Shown piece after piece: positions 17,271-28,191 of a stretch of 64,000 nt of DNA. The translations under genes and the position numbers were made by a program. Positions within the stretch are counted from its first letter, which is position 1, and each line of letters begins with the position of its first letter. The notes below the pieces were generated by a model that worked only from the letters and a program-made list of their open reading frames with translations, was not told the DNA's origin and made no database searches. The DNA is taken from positions 124,001 through 188,000 of the IMG/VR virus record IMGVR_UViG_3300031884_000002; one strand, given 5' to 3'.

Positions 17271-18500
17271 TTATTTTACTTTCTTTAAAACTTCATTAAT
17301 TTGTTTTACCAATAATACTTGTTTCATAGTCAAAAAAGGCTTTCTGGCATATGACTCTTTAAGAGCTTTCAATTTTGATATTTTTTCACTTAATGGCAAT
17401 GCTTGTCCGCTATCTTCATCCATGCCACCTTGTTCTTCTTTTTCGTCGGCAGTTAAAACATCACGTTCTCCTTTTGGAGCATCTAATGGATTTCTTTCAG
17501 GTTCTGTTTTATCGGCATATGCACTTTCAATCGGCTGGTTACAATGGTCGCAAGTTAAATCGGCATTTTCATAATTAGGTTCTGATGCAACTATGAACCA
17601 TTGAGCATCATTTGGATCAAGTGTTAGTTCTTTATTCTGGTCTGCACATAAAGGACATAAAGCTCCACCATCTTTAGTTATATAATATAAAGGATACATT
17701 CCCGGCCAAGCAAATGCTGGATACGTTCCTTTTTCATCCATAAACTTTCCACCCGATTTATCTTCGTCCATTCCTTGAATACCAGTTTCCATATCCGTTC
17801 CAGTATATGGATCTTTTTGATTTGGTTCATACATCTTATGAGGTTTAATAGCAGAAGTATCGGCTCCACCCATTCTTTCACTTCCTCTACGGGGAAGTGG
17901 TTTAGTATCGGGATGTGTATTCTTCCATATTCTATCTAAGCGTCTATTAGCATTTCTATCAGGAGTTTTAAATACACTCTCATCAACTTTAATAGCCAAT
18001 GCATCTTGATTACTATTAGGTTCTGGAGTTTCTTGTTCGGGTGTTCCGGCAGGACGAATATCGGGTTTGTCAATTCCTAATTCTGATGGATTTTCAATAT
18101 CTACTTCTAATTCATGGGCATCGTCAACTTCTCCAGCCTGTAACTGATATGGATGTTCCTCTTCTTCGGTTTCTGGCTGGTCGTTCTTTAATTGTGAAGG
18201 ATCGTTTAAATCAGAGTTTTCAGGTGTTTTATCATAGATTGTGCTGTTTTCTTTAGCATTTTCTACTTTGTCATATCCTCCCAATGCAGATTTAGTAGGA
18301 GTTTTTGGAGTAACATCGGCATCTACTTCTTGAGTATCATTAGTAAATGGATTTTTCATATCTGATGAATTATCCGGTGCTGTCGGTTGCTCGTCTTGCG
18401 ACGGAACACTAACATCATCCTTTTCAACATTGTCATCGTTAAAATTAGGATTAACAGAAAATTCGTTTAAACCGGTCTTGATAAAATATTTATTACTCAT
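17271..18500 (-). CDS. acidic low-complexity protein with a Zn-binding module
   Basis: D/E/P-rich, with LCPLCA...CDHCN. Confidence 0.6.
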   Translation of the reverse strand: MSNKYFIKTGLNEFSVNPNFNDDNVEKDDVSVPSQDEQPTAPDNSSDMKNPFTNDTQEVDADVTPKTPTKSALGGYDKVENAKENSTIYDKTPENSDLNDPSQLKNDQPETEEEEHPYQLQAGEVDDAHELEVDIENPSELGIDKPDIRPAGTPEQETPEPNSNQDALAIKVDESVFKTPDRNANRRLDRIWKNTHPDTKPLPRRGSERMGGADTSAIKPHKMYEPNQKDPYTGTDMETGIQGMDEDKSGGKFMDEKGTYPAFAWPGMYPLYYITKDGGALCPLCADQNKELTLDPNDAQWFIVASEPNYENADLTCDHCNQPIESAYADKTEPERNPLDAPKGERDVLTADEKEEQGGMDEDSGQALPLSEKISKLKALKESYARKPFLTMKQVLLVKQINEVLKKVK

Positions 18501-18540
18501 AATATATAAATATAATAAAAATAGTCAAAGTAAGAAGTAT

Positions 18541-19494
18541 TTAAACAGAAAATGAAGGAGTAAACAGATATGATAGAAGTCCTTTATTTAAGATAATATT
18601 TTTTAATTGATTATTAAAAGACAGTTCGGATAGTTCCAATGAATTAATTAAAATTGGAATGATATTTTTATTTATTATAATAGATTTAAAATTAGTAGGA
18701 ACTCCGCTTATAATCTTAGAATTAACTATTACTTTAGTTTCTTCTATATTATCATATCCTATATAAACTATATCCCATGAAGATGGAACTTGCTTAAAAA
18801 AATTAGGAAAATATTCATTAAAATCCGGAATAAACTTAACTCCATCATTAATTATTAATATATGATTATCAGTATATGATAAAATATTATTTAATAATGT
18901 ATAATAAGTTATAAAATCATTAAAATTTTCATTCGTTTTTAGTGTGGATTTATTAAACAATATTGGATTTGTTTCTTTAACTATAACACTATTAACTGAA
19001 GAAGTTGGGGTAGTAATACAAAAAGTAGATATTCCCAAGGAATCAACACTATTAAGTTTAATATTGGGATTTATTTCAAACATTCTAGCACTGGATAATA
19101 TAGACGAAATTTCTATTCCCCCGCCATCTATATTTATAGATATTAATTTTTGTCCCAATTCTCTAACATCGTTAGAGTTTTTAATTTCATCTTTAGGACA
19201 AAATGGAGATGGAGTTTTTATTATTATCTTTGATTTTGATTTTAATGATAAATCAGGGTAAAACTTAAATGAATTTACTCCTATATTTAAAATATATTCT
19301 TCTTCTAATTTGCCATGTGAAACTATTAATGTTTTCGAAGTATATTCATCTGAGTTAAATATTAGGTCTATACATCTAATAGAGTTATCAATTAAAATTA
19401 ATTCAGATTCTCTTCCAGACCAAATAAACGAGTTGCCCAATTCATCCTTTTCAATATTATACCATCCAGAACCAAACAATAATTTGTTATTCAT
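18541..19494 (-). CDS. glycan-related protein (beta-sandwich plus degenerate GT25-like domain)
   Basis: GWYNIE...FIWS...DVRELG N-domain; LIINDG...VPSSWDIVYIG. Confidence 0.5.
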   Translation of the reverse strand: MNNKLLFGSGWYNIEKDELGNSFIWSGRESELILIDNSIRCIDLIFNSDEYTSKTLIVSHGKLEEEYILNIGVNSFKFYPDLSLKSKSKIIIKTPSPFCPKDEIKNSNDVRELGQKLISINIDGGGIEISSILSSARMFEINPNIKLNSVDSLGISTFCITTPTSSVNSVIVKETNPILFNKSTLKTNENFNDFITYYTLLNNILSYTDNHILIINDGVKFIPDFNEYFPNFFKQVPSSWDIVYIGYDNIEETKVIVNSKIISGVPTNFKSIIINKNIIPILINSLELSELSFNNQLKNIILNKGLLSYLFTPSFSV

Positions 19495-19518
19495 TTTTAT
19501 GTAACTCTTAGTTAAGAT

Positions 19519-20118
19519 TTAAAATATTCTCTTTTTCCCGTCTAACATTCTATTTTCTTTATTCTTTAATGTATCTCTAAAAGCATCAACAATTCGCTGG
19601 TCTACATCATATTTCTTTTCTCTGGCTTTAAACATGTCAGCAAATATTTTTTTAGTTTCTTCAATATTTACTCCGTCTTTTAGGTTTATGGATTCTTTCA
19701 TATTCATTGTAAGTGCGTCTTCGGATGAGTTTAACATATTTAAATTTCTATAATATTTAGGGTCTTTTTTCAAATTGGAAAGAACAATCTCTTTGGCTTT
19801 GGCTTTATCTTTCTTAATCATTTTACCTAACTCATAATCCAGTCCCATTTCTATATCATCTACGGTAGGTTTTTCTTTTTTAGAAAAAATATCATCAACA
19901 TCTTTGTTTAAATCTTGCTGATTGGTTACATCTTGTCGAGTATTACTATTGGTTCCAAGTGCTTTATTTCCATTATTAGATGTAAATGAATTGGGATTTT
20001 GACTTACATTGGGAGAAGCAAATGTACTTAAACTAGGAGCATAACTAATAGAACCATTGTTCCCTCCCATTCCGCCATCAAATGCATTTTCGGTAATAAT
20101 ATCTTTATATTTACTCAT
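19519..20118 (-). CDS. hypothetical phage protein (DUF5661-like segment)
   Basis: MGLDYEL...AKEIVLSNLKKDPKYY. Confidence 0.5.
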   Translation of the reverse strand: MSKYKDIITENAFDGGMGGNNGSISYAPSLSTFASPNVSQNPNSFTSNNGNKALGTNSNTRQDVTNQQDLNKDVDDIFSKKEKPTVDDIEMGLDYELGKMIKKDKAKAKEIVLSNLKKDPKYYRNLNMLNSSEDALTMNMKESINLKDGVNIEETKKIFADMFKAREKKYDVDQRIVDAFRDTLKNKENRMLDGKKRIF

Positions 20119-20130
20119 ACACTATAAATA

Positions 20131-20733
20131 TCATTTAATATCGTAAATACATAAAGTATGTTCTTCTGGATTTCCTTCTATGGAATAATCAGTTTCATAT
20201 CTGTTAGATGGTGAAAATCCATTATTTTCTAATATATTCCATGTATTTTTATATTGATTATCAATTCTATCATCATTAAACCGGCGACCATGGACTATTA
20301 GTTTAGATGTAATTTTTTTAAAATCAGTTAAATATGTATTTAAATCCTTTTCATATATATGTTGAAGCACCAAACTACAATAAATAACATCAAACTTTAT
20401 ACTTTTAATTAGTTCCCAATCATTTATAAACTTCACATTTAAAAATTGTCTATCATATTTTAATTTACAATATACGGATGTTAAATTAAGCATTTTTAAA
20501 TTATCATATCCAACCACATTCCAATTATCAGAATAGTTTCCCATTCCATATGTATTTCTACCTATACCACATCCAAAATCTAAAATAGATAATGGTCGAG
20601 ACTTATCTAATAATTCATATATTGACGTATCAGGATTAAACTCATTAACAGTCTTTCCTGTTAATATATAATCGGCTACAATTTCCAAATTATTATAATC
20701 TATATGGTTCCATCCATTAAATGTATCATTCAT
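20131..20733 (-). CDS. class I SAM-dependent methyltransferase
   Basis: ILDFGCGIGR, FDVIYCSLVLQHI. Confidence 0.85.
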   Translation of the reverse strand: MNDTFNGWNHIDYNNLEIVADYILTGKTVNEFNPDTSIYELLDKSRPLSILDFGCGIGRNTYGMGNYSDNWNVVGYDNLKMLNLTSVYCKLKYDRQFLNVKFINDWELIKSIKFDVIYCSLVLQHIYEKDLNTYLTDFKKITSKLIVHGRRFNDDRIDNQYKNTWNILENNGFSPSNRYETDYSIEGNPEEHTLCIYDIK

Positions 20734-21740
20734 AGTAATCTTATATTTGTTAAACTTTCAAACTTATCACAAAACTGAGACATAACTTTTTTATTATATG
20801 TTTTATCAGGTTCGTCTTCAAACCATGTCTTATAAATATCAAATGCTTCATCCGACATTTGTTTTGTTTTTTCTTCGTTTAATAATGCGGTTTCGCAGAT
20901 TTGTTTAAAATCACTTAAATCCTTTTTATAAAACCAGACGCATTTTTGTAATTTATCCGAAAACAACCAAATACCGGGATCTTTTAAAAATGGTGCCGAT
21001 ATAATTGTCGATTTTGACCGCATTGCTTCTAATGGACGATATGAAAATACAGTATTTCCTTCAAGGCTCAAACATAACGTAGAATTAGATAGAATATTCC
21101 ACCATTCTTTATTGGATATTATAGGAACTACAAACTTTTGATAAGTAGATTTATATTCATCAGATTCTTCGGAATCTATTATATAATTGAATACTAATCC
21201 TCCTTTAAAATTAGATTTTAGATATGGATCATCGTCTATAATTTTTAAACATTCTACTCTTGGATTTTTATTATTTAATTTAAGACCTCCCGTAGTGCTT
21301 CCCCAAAATACCAATTGGTTTATTTTTGTAGATGGAATAGTAACATTTAAATTGTCTATATGAAATCTAGGAACCAATATAAACTTATTTATCAATGATG
21401 AATCATATAATCCATAATCAAAATCCCATATCATACCGGTAATCCAACCATCAATTCTATGTACTATAGTATTTTTAATTCCTATAGTTACTGTAAAACT
21501 TCCATCGTCTAAACTTATAGGTAATAACTTTCCTTTATATTTTAAAAATTTATCTTCATTTGAATTTATTCTATCAGTCAGTTTTTGCATATTTACATCA
21601 TACCAATCTACCAACCATATATCAGATGACGGAATATCAAGAGTATCACTTACAGTTACTTCATTGTTTTTTGACAATGTTGTAATTAAAGGAATAATTC
21701 TTCCATAACACACTTTATTATGAGATATATGGATTTTCAT
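20730..21740 (-). CDS. glycosyltransferase (GT90/CAP10-like)
   Basis: FWGSTTG...R, LSLEGN...SYR motifs. Confidence 0.65.
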   Translation of the reverse strand: MKIHISHNKVCYGRIIPLITTLSKNNEVTVSDTLDIPSSDIWLVDWYDVNMQKLTDRINSNEDKFLKYKGKLLPISLDDGSFTVTIGIKNTIVHRIDGWITGMIWDFDYGLYDSSLINKFILVPRFHIDNLNVTIPSTKINQLVFWGSTTGGLKLNNKNPRVECLKIIDDDPYLKSNFKGGLVFNYIIDSEESDEYKSTYQKFVVPIISNKEWWNILSNSTLCLSLEGNTVFSYRPLEAMRSKSTIISAPFLKDPGIWLFSDKLQKCVWFYKKDLSDFKQICETALLNEEKTKQMSDEAFDIYKTWFEDEPDKTYNKKVMSQFCDKFESLTNIRLL

Positions 21741-22690
21741 TATAACTGAATATTATCGTACTTACAACATTCTTTTCTACATTTATAATATGGACTTTCT
21801 ACATTTAAATTATATTTCTCGGCAAACTCTCGCATATATGTAAAGGCAGTCAATACATTATTATTATATCGTTCAGATTCTTTACTATATAATGCAGGAA
21901 ATGACATAAACAATATTCTTAATTCCTCTCTAAAATTAGAATTGTTCTCTATTTTTAATTTTTTAATCAAATCATTAGAGGTTATTATATTCCATTTTTT
22001 CTTAAATGTTTTTAAATTTTGATATTCTGGAGTTTTTATTAAATCACCAATTGATAAATTGTTATTTACATGAACGTATGGATTCATAAATCCAGATAAT
22101 GTTACAGACTGAAAATACTGTAAATGAGATTTCATATGGTTAATAAAATAAGGCATATATACCCATCTATCATCTTCATTTCTAAACAGTTCATGTGCTC
22201 CAAAATTTGTCATCAATTCTATATTTTTTTTCTTTTTTATATATCTAGCACCAACAAACAGTCCCGGACAGTTCATAAATTCTTCGGTGTTCTGTGGAAC
22301 TGGACTTGGATTATAAATACCTTCTTGATGATGAGCATAGCATAATCGAACACAACTATGATTATTCAATTCGCAAAATTCTGTTATTTTATTAAGATCT
22401 TTTAGAAGGGATGGTGCTGGGGTTTCGTCAGCATCCAACCACATACACCAATCATCGAATGGTATATCACGTATTTGAGCACGGCGAGCAGATTCTAATT
22501 CAAAAAATTGTTGAAACTGATCTACTCGTACATCATTTCCAACTTCTTTTTGTAATTTTTCTTTAAACTCCAATGGTCCGCTATTAAGAATACCACACGT
22601 ATCAAAATACTGCTTAGATACTTTTATTGTATTCGCAGTCAATTCTAACCTATCATCACATCCATATAAAATTCTTAAATGTTTTTTCAT
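21740..22690 (-). CDS. glycosyltransferase family 2-like
   Basis: SARR...WCMWLDADE...GAHE. Confidence 0.65.
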   Translation of the reverse strand: MKKHLRILYGCDDRLELTANTIKVSKQYFDTCGILNSGPLEFKEKLQKEVGNDVRVDQFQQFFELESARRAQIRDIPFDDWCMWLDADETPAPSLLKDLNKITEFCELNNHSCVRLCYAHHQEGIYNPSPVPQNTEEFMNCPGLFVGARYIKKKKNIELMTNFGAHELFRNEDDRWVYMPYFINHMKSHLQYFQSVTLSGFMNPYVHVNNNLSIGDLIKTPEYQNLKTFKKKWNIITSNDLIKKLKIENNSNFREELRILFMSFPALYSKESERYNNNVLTAFTYMREFAEKYNLNVESPYYKCRKECCKYDNIQL

Positions 22691-23535
22691 AATAAATTAT
22701 CCCATAAAGTGTGAATAAAATAGTCATACATTCCATTTCTATAAATAAATGTATAATAATTATCAGTTAAAAATTTTTTCATTTCATCGCTATGAAATAA
22801 TCTAAATATTATTACTCTGCGTTTAGTAAAATTCTGCTCATCATCTAAAAAAGATTTAATTATAGAAACATCTATAAAATCACGAATTGCCACAAAATAT
22901 AATATTGTAGGACATCTTTTAGATTGCATTGTTTGATGTAATGGATAATCTTTACTTGTTAATTCAATACCGTCCCAATTAAATTGAGATTTCAAAATAC
23001 CCATATCATATGCATTATCAATATTGACATAATATCCATCAGTCATTCCACGTAAAATACTTATTACAGGACATTGTAATTCTTTTTTTGAAATTGCCGG
23101 ATTTCCATATACTATATCATTAGGCTCAACATTATGAGTAACTACAGAACCTGCTCCTACCATAGAATTTTCCCCTATTTCATTTCCACACACCAATGTT
23201 ACATTGGCACATATACTAGCACCCTTTTTTATGTACGTTTTCATAAATCTATGTTTCCAATCTCCTATTGCTCTTGGAAAAAAATCATTTGTAGTTATTA
23301 CATTTGGTCCTATAAATACATCATTTTCTATTTCTACGCCTTCATATATGAGAGAATGATTTTGAATTTTACAATTATCTCCCACCGTAACAGAAGGACC
23401 AATATAAACTCCCTCCCCAATTACACAATTAGAACCTATCTTTGCATCTTTACAAATATGAGCGTAAGCCCAAATTTTGGTATTATCTCCTAAAAAGGTT
23501 GTTTCAACAATTGCAGTTGGATGTATAAAAGTCAT
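22687..23535 (-). CDS. hexapeptide-repeat sugar N-acetyltransferase with a C-terminal extension
   Basis: IHPTAIV, left-handed beta-helix repeats, FIGPNV.TTND, VGAGSVVT, YGNPA. Confidence 0.85.
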   Translation of the reverse strand: MTFIHPTAIVETTFLGDNTKIWAYAHICKDAKIGSNCVIGEGVYIGPSVTVGDNCKIQNHSLIYEGVEIENDVFIGPNVITTNDFFPRAIGDWKHRFMKTYIKKGASICANVTLVCGNEIGENSMVGAGSVVTHNVEPNDIVYGNPAISKKELQCPVISILRGMTDGYYVNIDNAYDMGILKSQFNWDGIELTSKDYPLHQTMQSKRCPTILYFVAIRDFIDVSIIKSFLDDEQNFTKRRVIIFRLFHSDEMKKFLTDNYYTFIYRNGMYDYFIHTLWDNLL

Positions 23536-24617
23536 ATTTTATAAAATTTTTTCATTAATTCACTAGCATGTTCTAGGTCTGGCAATCCCCATTCACTTTC
23601 ACTGGTATATATATTTGAAAACGATTCCATTCCTTCTACTTTCCCCATTTTATATTTAACCAATCCATTATAATTAAATCCAAGATAATCTATCTGTCCT
23701 CCGTAACCAGTACAAATAATTTCATTATTATAATGAAAAGCGTCAAATATAGTAAGTCCAAATCCTTCTGATTTAGTTAAACTAACATAACAATCTCCCA
23801 ATGAATGTAATGCTAATATTTCATCACTACTTAGGTTATCTAATAGACATATTATTTCAGGCGTATTATTATATTGTTTTAATATATCAATTATTAAGGA
23901 TTTACAATACTCTTTATTTTCATTACTATATGATTTATAATGTGTTTTTAATATCAATCGGACATTATCTTGCCGATTAAATGTTTTACAATATGTATGA
24001 ATTAAATCAGATATGCCTTTACGAGCATTCAACTCACCAATGGAATAAAACGTGTATTTATCATGAGACGTAATTTCTTTATTCGTTATACTATCAGTTA
24101 ATTTAATAGTAGATTTATCGGGAAGTTTTTTAGGAAGAAATATATGAGGAACTACTTTAATAGGAATAGTTACTCCTGAATCTTTAAATGCCGCTTTATT
24201 ATATTGTGAAGGACACCATACTTCATTTACGGTTGAGTTTATACTATTAACCCATTGAGTAGGAAGTATATTAGTTTCCCAAGTACAATATCCGTATACT
24301 GATTTATCCTTTAATTTATTCTTTTTATCTATCCAAAACTTGGTCCATAAATCAGGAGTACTATGTAATATAGCCATATTATATTCTTTTATATCTTTAT
24401 ATATTAAAGATTTTATAACTATATCGTAAACATCATCACTATTTAACTTTGAGTCATCGAAATATAATGGTTCCCATGTTATAGGTATTCCTCTTGAGAA
24501 ATAATTAAATAAATATCCTTTTGCAGCCTGTGCATAACCGCTAGTTCCGTACTGCCCATAATATAATATTCCACGTATCAATGAACTTGATACTATGGAT
24601 AAAGTAGCATTAATCAT
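23532..24617 (-). CDS. glycosyltransferase family 4
   Basis: SGYAQA, TWET, RKGI, TKSEGFGL motifs. Confidence 0.85.
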   Translation of the reverse strand: MINATLSIVSSSLIRGILYYGQYGTSGYAQAAKGYLFNYFSRGIPITWEPLYFDDSKLNSDDVYDIVIKSLIYKDIKEYNMAILHSTPDLWTKFWIDKKNKLKDKSVYGYCTWETNILPTQWVNSINSTVNEVWCPSQYNKAAFKDSGVTIPIKVVPHIFLPKKLPDKSTIKLTDSITNKEITSHDKYTFYSIGELNARKGISDLIHTYCKTFNRQDNVRLILKTHYKSYSNENKEYCKSLIIDILKQYNNTPEIICLLDNLSSDEILALHSLGDCYVSLTKSEGFGLTIFDAFHYNNEIICTGYGGQIDYLGFNYNGLVKYKMGKVEGMESFSNIYTSESEWGLPDLEHASELMKKFYKI

Positions 24618-25395
24618 TATTTAATTTATGTTCTTCTAAATATTTTTTTCTAGCATTATATGCTTCTTCTTCTGTTAAAAATGTTCCTAATTCAATATAT
24701 TTTCTATTTATATAAACATAAGATCTCCAAGGAAGTTTACTTCTTTTAGTAGATTTGCATACTCCAGTATATTGGGAAGAAGACTTAAATTTTTTACAAA
24801 ACTCTATAAAAAATTGTTTTAAGTTTATATTTCTATAAACTGATAATTTATCTGAAAAATTAAGTTTACAGTTTAACCCATATAAATAGAGAGCAACTTT
24901 ATCATATGCCTCAGCAGCTTCAATTTCAGAATGAAAATAATGACGATAATTCTTTTTATTCTTATATATTTTAACCTCAAAATGAGTATCTCCTTTTACG
25001 TCCCGGCGTTGATGAACTCCTATATACTTAGATGATGAATTTTTATTTTTAGAATGATTTCCTTGATTTAACTTACTTAATGTATTTTTTGTAATTTCAC
25101 TCATAACTTCATTTCCATATGTTCCTAAATTTAGGTTATATCCAGTAGGAGCCAATGAATTATATTTTAATATAAAAGTCTTTTCTTTTTCACATACATC
25201 TATAAAATTATTAGTAGTATATATAATTTCTTTACTAAAATTATGTTCTCCGTATTTTCGTAATGCTCGTGATAAATATGAATTAGAATATGGACTCCTA
25301 TGAGTCTTCATACGAACATTTAATGTATTTTTAGTTCTTCCTATGTATAATTTTCCATTTATTTTATTTTGTAATTTATATATTTTATGTTCCAT
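24610..25395 (-). CDS. GIY-YIG homing endonuclease with AP2-like domains
   Basis: KIY...NKINGKLYIG; SSKYIGV...EAAEAYD; LGTF.TEEEA. Confidence 0.85.
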   Translation of the reverse strand: MEHKIYKLQNKINGKLYIGRTKNTLNVRMKTHRSPYSNSYLSRALRKYGEHNFSKEIIYTTNNFIDVCEKEKTFILKYNSLAPTGYNLNLGTYGNEVMSEITKNTLSKLNQGNHSKNKNSSSKYIGVHQRRDVKGDTHFEVKIYKNKKNYRHYFHSEIEAAEAYDKVALYLYGLNCKLNFSDKLSVYRNINLKQFFIEFCKKFKSSSQYTGVCKSTKRSKLPWRSYVYINRKYIELGTFLTEEEAYNARKKYLEEHKLNND

Positions 25396-25477
25396 ACATA
25401 CTATAAATATAGTACAATATGGAAAAAATATAAATTATTTTTATGAATTTATTATATGTAATGACCCAACGTTTAAA

Positions 25478-25717
25478 TTAGTTGGCTTTATTTCCATTTT
25501 GGTCTACTAAAGTGAAAAAATAAGAACACCCAGCCGCCTGAGAGAACTCGATAACATTTTTGCGTTCCACCATAGGCACATAATTTACCTTAAGTTCAAT
25601 AGTAGGGAGTCCACTATCTTCGTGTTTGGGATATACTACTACATCTCTAAACCATTCTCTAGAACCAAATACTTTAAGTGTATTTTCCAATATTAGATTT
25701 ACTCGTTCTTTTGTCAT
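25478..25717 (-). CDS. hypothetical protein
   Basis: 79-aa ORF. Confidence 0.55.
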   Translation of the reverse strand: MTKERVNLILENTLKVFGSREWFRDVVVYPKHEDSGLPTIELKVNYVPMVERKNVIEFSQAAGCSYFFTLVDQNGNKAN

Positions 25718-25722
25718 ATATT

Positions 25723-26679
25723 TTATTTTATTGTCTTTAATATTTTGTGAATTGTTGCTACAAATGTTATTTCTCGTTCAAATACTAATGTACTTTGATA
25801 AACTGCATCGGCTAAAATTAAAATAACATCGGGCGACTTATCTCCACTATAAGTATCGACTACTTCAAATAAATACTTATATACTTCTCCATAATTAGAA
25901 AACGAAGCGTCTGCCACCAGTTGTCGTATCTCAGTAAATGCTTTCCAATTTGACGGAGATTGTTTTATTAACTCTACCAATTTTAATTTATAGTCATAAT
26001 CAATGGATGATACATTTGAAATCTTAAGTTCAGTTCCATCTATACATTGTTGAGCGTAATTGATTATTTTTCTTAAATCGGGAAAATAAGATTTTACTAT
26101 AAACGCAACCGATTCATTCTTAAATGTAATTTTTTCAAGTGTTAATATCTTAATTAAATGTTTCATTACTGCCACTTTATCCATCGGTTTAACTTCAAAC
26201 GACTGACAACGAGAACGAATTGCTTCTATAACTTTGTCTTGGTTATTAGAAGTTAAAATAAATCTAACGGAAGCCGAATATGTCTCCATTAGATTTTTAA
26301 GCATACATTGTGCTTCAGGAGAAACTCGTTCAAACTCATCTAAAAATATTATTTTAAGAGGTTGAAATCCAGTTGTCATTGCAAAATCTTGCACTTTATT
26401 ACGCATCGAGTCAATACCAGTTTCATCCGATGCGTTTACCATCAATGAATCACATGGAATATTTTTAATCAGTAATTTAGCAAGGCTGGTTTTACCTGTT
26501 CCGGGGCTTCCGTATAGTAATATCTGCGGTATTTCTTTTTTATCAAGCCACATTCGTATAGATTTAAGTAAATCTTCATTTCCTATGAAATCTTCAATTT
26601 TAAGTGGTCTATATTTCTCCACCCATAAAGATGAAGTTTTACTTACGTCAATTTCTTCTTCAAATTCAAATTTAATCAT
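25723..26679 (-). CDS. clamp loader AAA+ subunit (RFC small/T4 gp44-like)
   Basis: WVEKYRP, GSPGTGKT, NASD, LDE, SRC, PDLRK motifs. Confidence 0.92.
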   Translation of the reverse strand: MIKFEFEEEIDVSKTSSLWVEKYRPLKIEDFIGNEDLLKSIRMWLDKKEIPQILLYGSPGTGKTSLAKLLIKNIPCDSLMVNASDETGIDSMRNKVQDFAMTTGFQPLKIIFLDEFERVSPEAQCMLKNLMETYSASVRFILTSNNQDKVIEAIRSRCQSFEVKPMDKVAVMKHLIKILTLEKITFKNESVAFIVKSYFPDLRKIINYAQQCIDGTELKISNVSSIDYDYKLKLVELIKQSPSNWKAFTEIRQLVADASFSNYGEVYKYLFEVVDTYSGDKSPDVILILADAVYQSTLVFEREITFVATIHKILKTIK

Positions 26680-26682
26680 ATA

Positions 26683-26844
26683 TTATGTTTTCCTCCAACT
26701 ATTAAATGGAACGTATAATTTTACATCATCCACAATTCCTGTTTTTTTATCTTCATATTTTATATATGCAGATATGAATGCTCTACTTTTATTTGTAATT
26801 ATAGTTAATCTGGTTCCTTTTTTATTAGATTTTATATTCCACAT
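26683..26844 (-). CDS. small hypothetical protein (53 aa, not in ORF track)
   Basis: MWNIKSNKKGTRL...; fills the gap in the operon. Confidence 0.45.
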   Translation of the reverse strand: MWNIKSNKKGTRLTIITNKSRAFISAYIKYEDKKTGIVDDVKLYVPFNSWRKT

Positions 26845-26854
26845 AAATTATTTA

Positions 26855-27151
26855 TTACATCAATTCAAGGTCAATACACCAATCTTGGATATCATCACAA
26901 GTATGACATACCCAACCCCATTTAGTCGCAACTAAGTTTCGGTCCATACTTACAAATTTTTTATTGAGGTCGTTAAAATCTTCTTCGGTTTCCCTTACTA
27001 ATTTATTGTTTTTAACTACAAATCGAGTATGGTATTTATCCCTACATGGGCCACATGTATAAGGATGTCCTCCTCCATTTTCTTGGTAATCATTTAATTT
27101 TTTAACCAAATCATCAGACCAAGGTGCCGTTACATATTTTATATCACTCAT
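26855..27151 (-). CDS. hypothetical Zn-binding protein
   Basis: HPYTC...GWVCHTC. Confidence 0.6.
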   Translation of the reverse strand: MSDIKYVTAPWSDDLVKKLNDYQENGGGHPYTCGPCRDKYHTRFVVKNNKLVRETEEDFNDLNKKFVSMDRNLVATKWGWVCHTCDDIQDWCIDLELM

Positions 27152-27182
27152 AATCCAAGTTTAATATAAAACTTGTAAAAAA

Positions 27183-28115
27183 TCAACTTATTTTATTTCG
27201 TTTTTCAATATTTCCAATTGATATCATATCTCCATTTTTCCTTGCTATCGCAGTAGTTTCCCATAGTGGTTGTATATTAGTATAGTGAACTGCCTTTAAT
27301 AGTTCTTCCTTATTTGTTAAATCAAAAAAACTAATAGGAATAATATGATCCAAGTTCCATCCGTTTTTTCCATAATTTTCCCAAGTCATTCCCTGTTTAA
27401 ACCTACTTTCAATATATTTTCTAAAATCTGAAATAGAACATCCTAAATCTCTAACTGCCGAACCCAATTTAGCATTACCCATTAAAGCACACCACAATCG
27501 GGTTCTTAAATTACATCCTATTTTAACATTTATGTTATTGTTTCTTCTTAATTTCCGAACTTCATTTATATGAACTCTATTATTTCTATATCGTTTTTTT
27601 ATATGTTCTCTATTTTCCACATAATATATCTTACCGGAATTGGATCGTTTCTCTTTATTTTTAAGATGATATTGTTTGTGATAAATAGACCTCTTTTCTT
27701 TGCGAGTGGACCAATATATTTTGCTTTGTTCTTTAACTTTTTCTTTATTTTTAATATAATAATTATGTCTGTTCTGCTTTATTTTATATTTGTTATTCTT
27801 CTTATAAGTAATAAAATATTCTTTTCGTTTATACTTTGTTTTTTCTCTATATATTTTATTTTTTTCTTTATTTTCTTCTTTATTTTCTTCTTTATTTTTC
27901 AATCTATACTTAATAAAATATTCTTTATTATTTTTTCTATATTCTCGACATCTAATATTATTTTTTTCTTTATTTTTTTGATGATACTTTGCTCTCTTTT
28001 CTTTTGTTGTCAAAATAGTAGAGCATTCTTTTTTTACAACATTTTTCTCTATTTCTGGTGTAATAGTCACGTCTCCATTTTCGTTGGGCGTCTCTAAGTT
28101 GTTCTTTTGTTTCAT
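27183..28115 (-). CDS. HNH-type endonuclease with a basic repetitive N-terminus
   Basis: LGCSI...GMTWENYG..GWNLDHIIP...HYTNIQPLW. Confidence 0.78.
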   Translation of the reverse strand: MKQKNNLETPNENGDVTITPEIEKNVVKKECSTILTTKEKRAKYHQKNKEKNNIRCREYRKNNKEYFIKYRLKNKEENKEENKEKNKIYREKTKYKRKEYFITYKKNNKYKIKQNRHNYYIKNKEKVKEQSKIYWSTRKEKRSIYHKQYHLKNKEKRSNSGKIYYVENREHIKKRYRNNRVHINEVRKLRRNNNINVKIGCNLRTRLWCALMGNAKLGSAVRDLGCSISDFRKYIESRFKQGMTWENYGKNGWNLDHIIPISFFDLTNKEELLKAVHYTNIQPLWETTAIARKNGDMISIGNIEKRNKIS

Positions 28116-28134
28116 ATATTTTTTTTCTTCCCAT
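27970..28134 (-). CDS. small basic MGRK protein overlapping the endonuclease start
   Basis: MGRKKIYETKEQLRDAQRKWRRDYY...; preceded by an ATATTTATA motif. Confidence 0.55.
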   Translation of the reverse strand: MGRKKIYETKEQLRDAQRKWRRDYYTRNREKCCKKRMLYYFDNKRKESKVSSKK

Positions 28135-28191
28135 AATTAGGTTATCCTTATAAATATATAACAAACAACATAAAAATCCAAACATTTACAT

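Noticed and set aside
27570-28097. 175-aa Phe/Ile-rich plus-strand ORF, and similar antisense ORFs such as 18944, 23134, 34026 and 53884
   Set aside because: These are shadows of real genes on the opposite strand.
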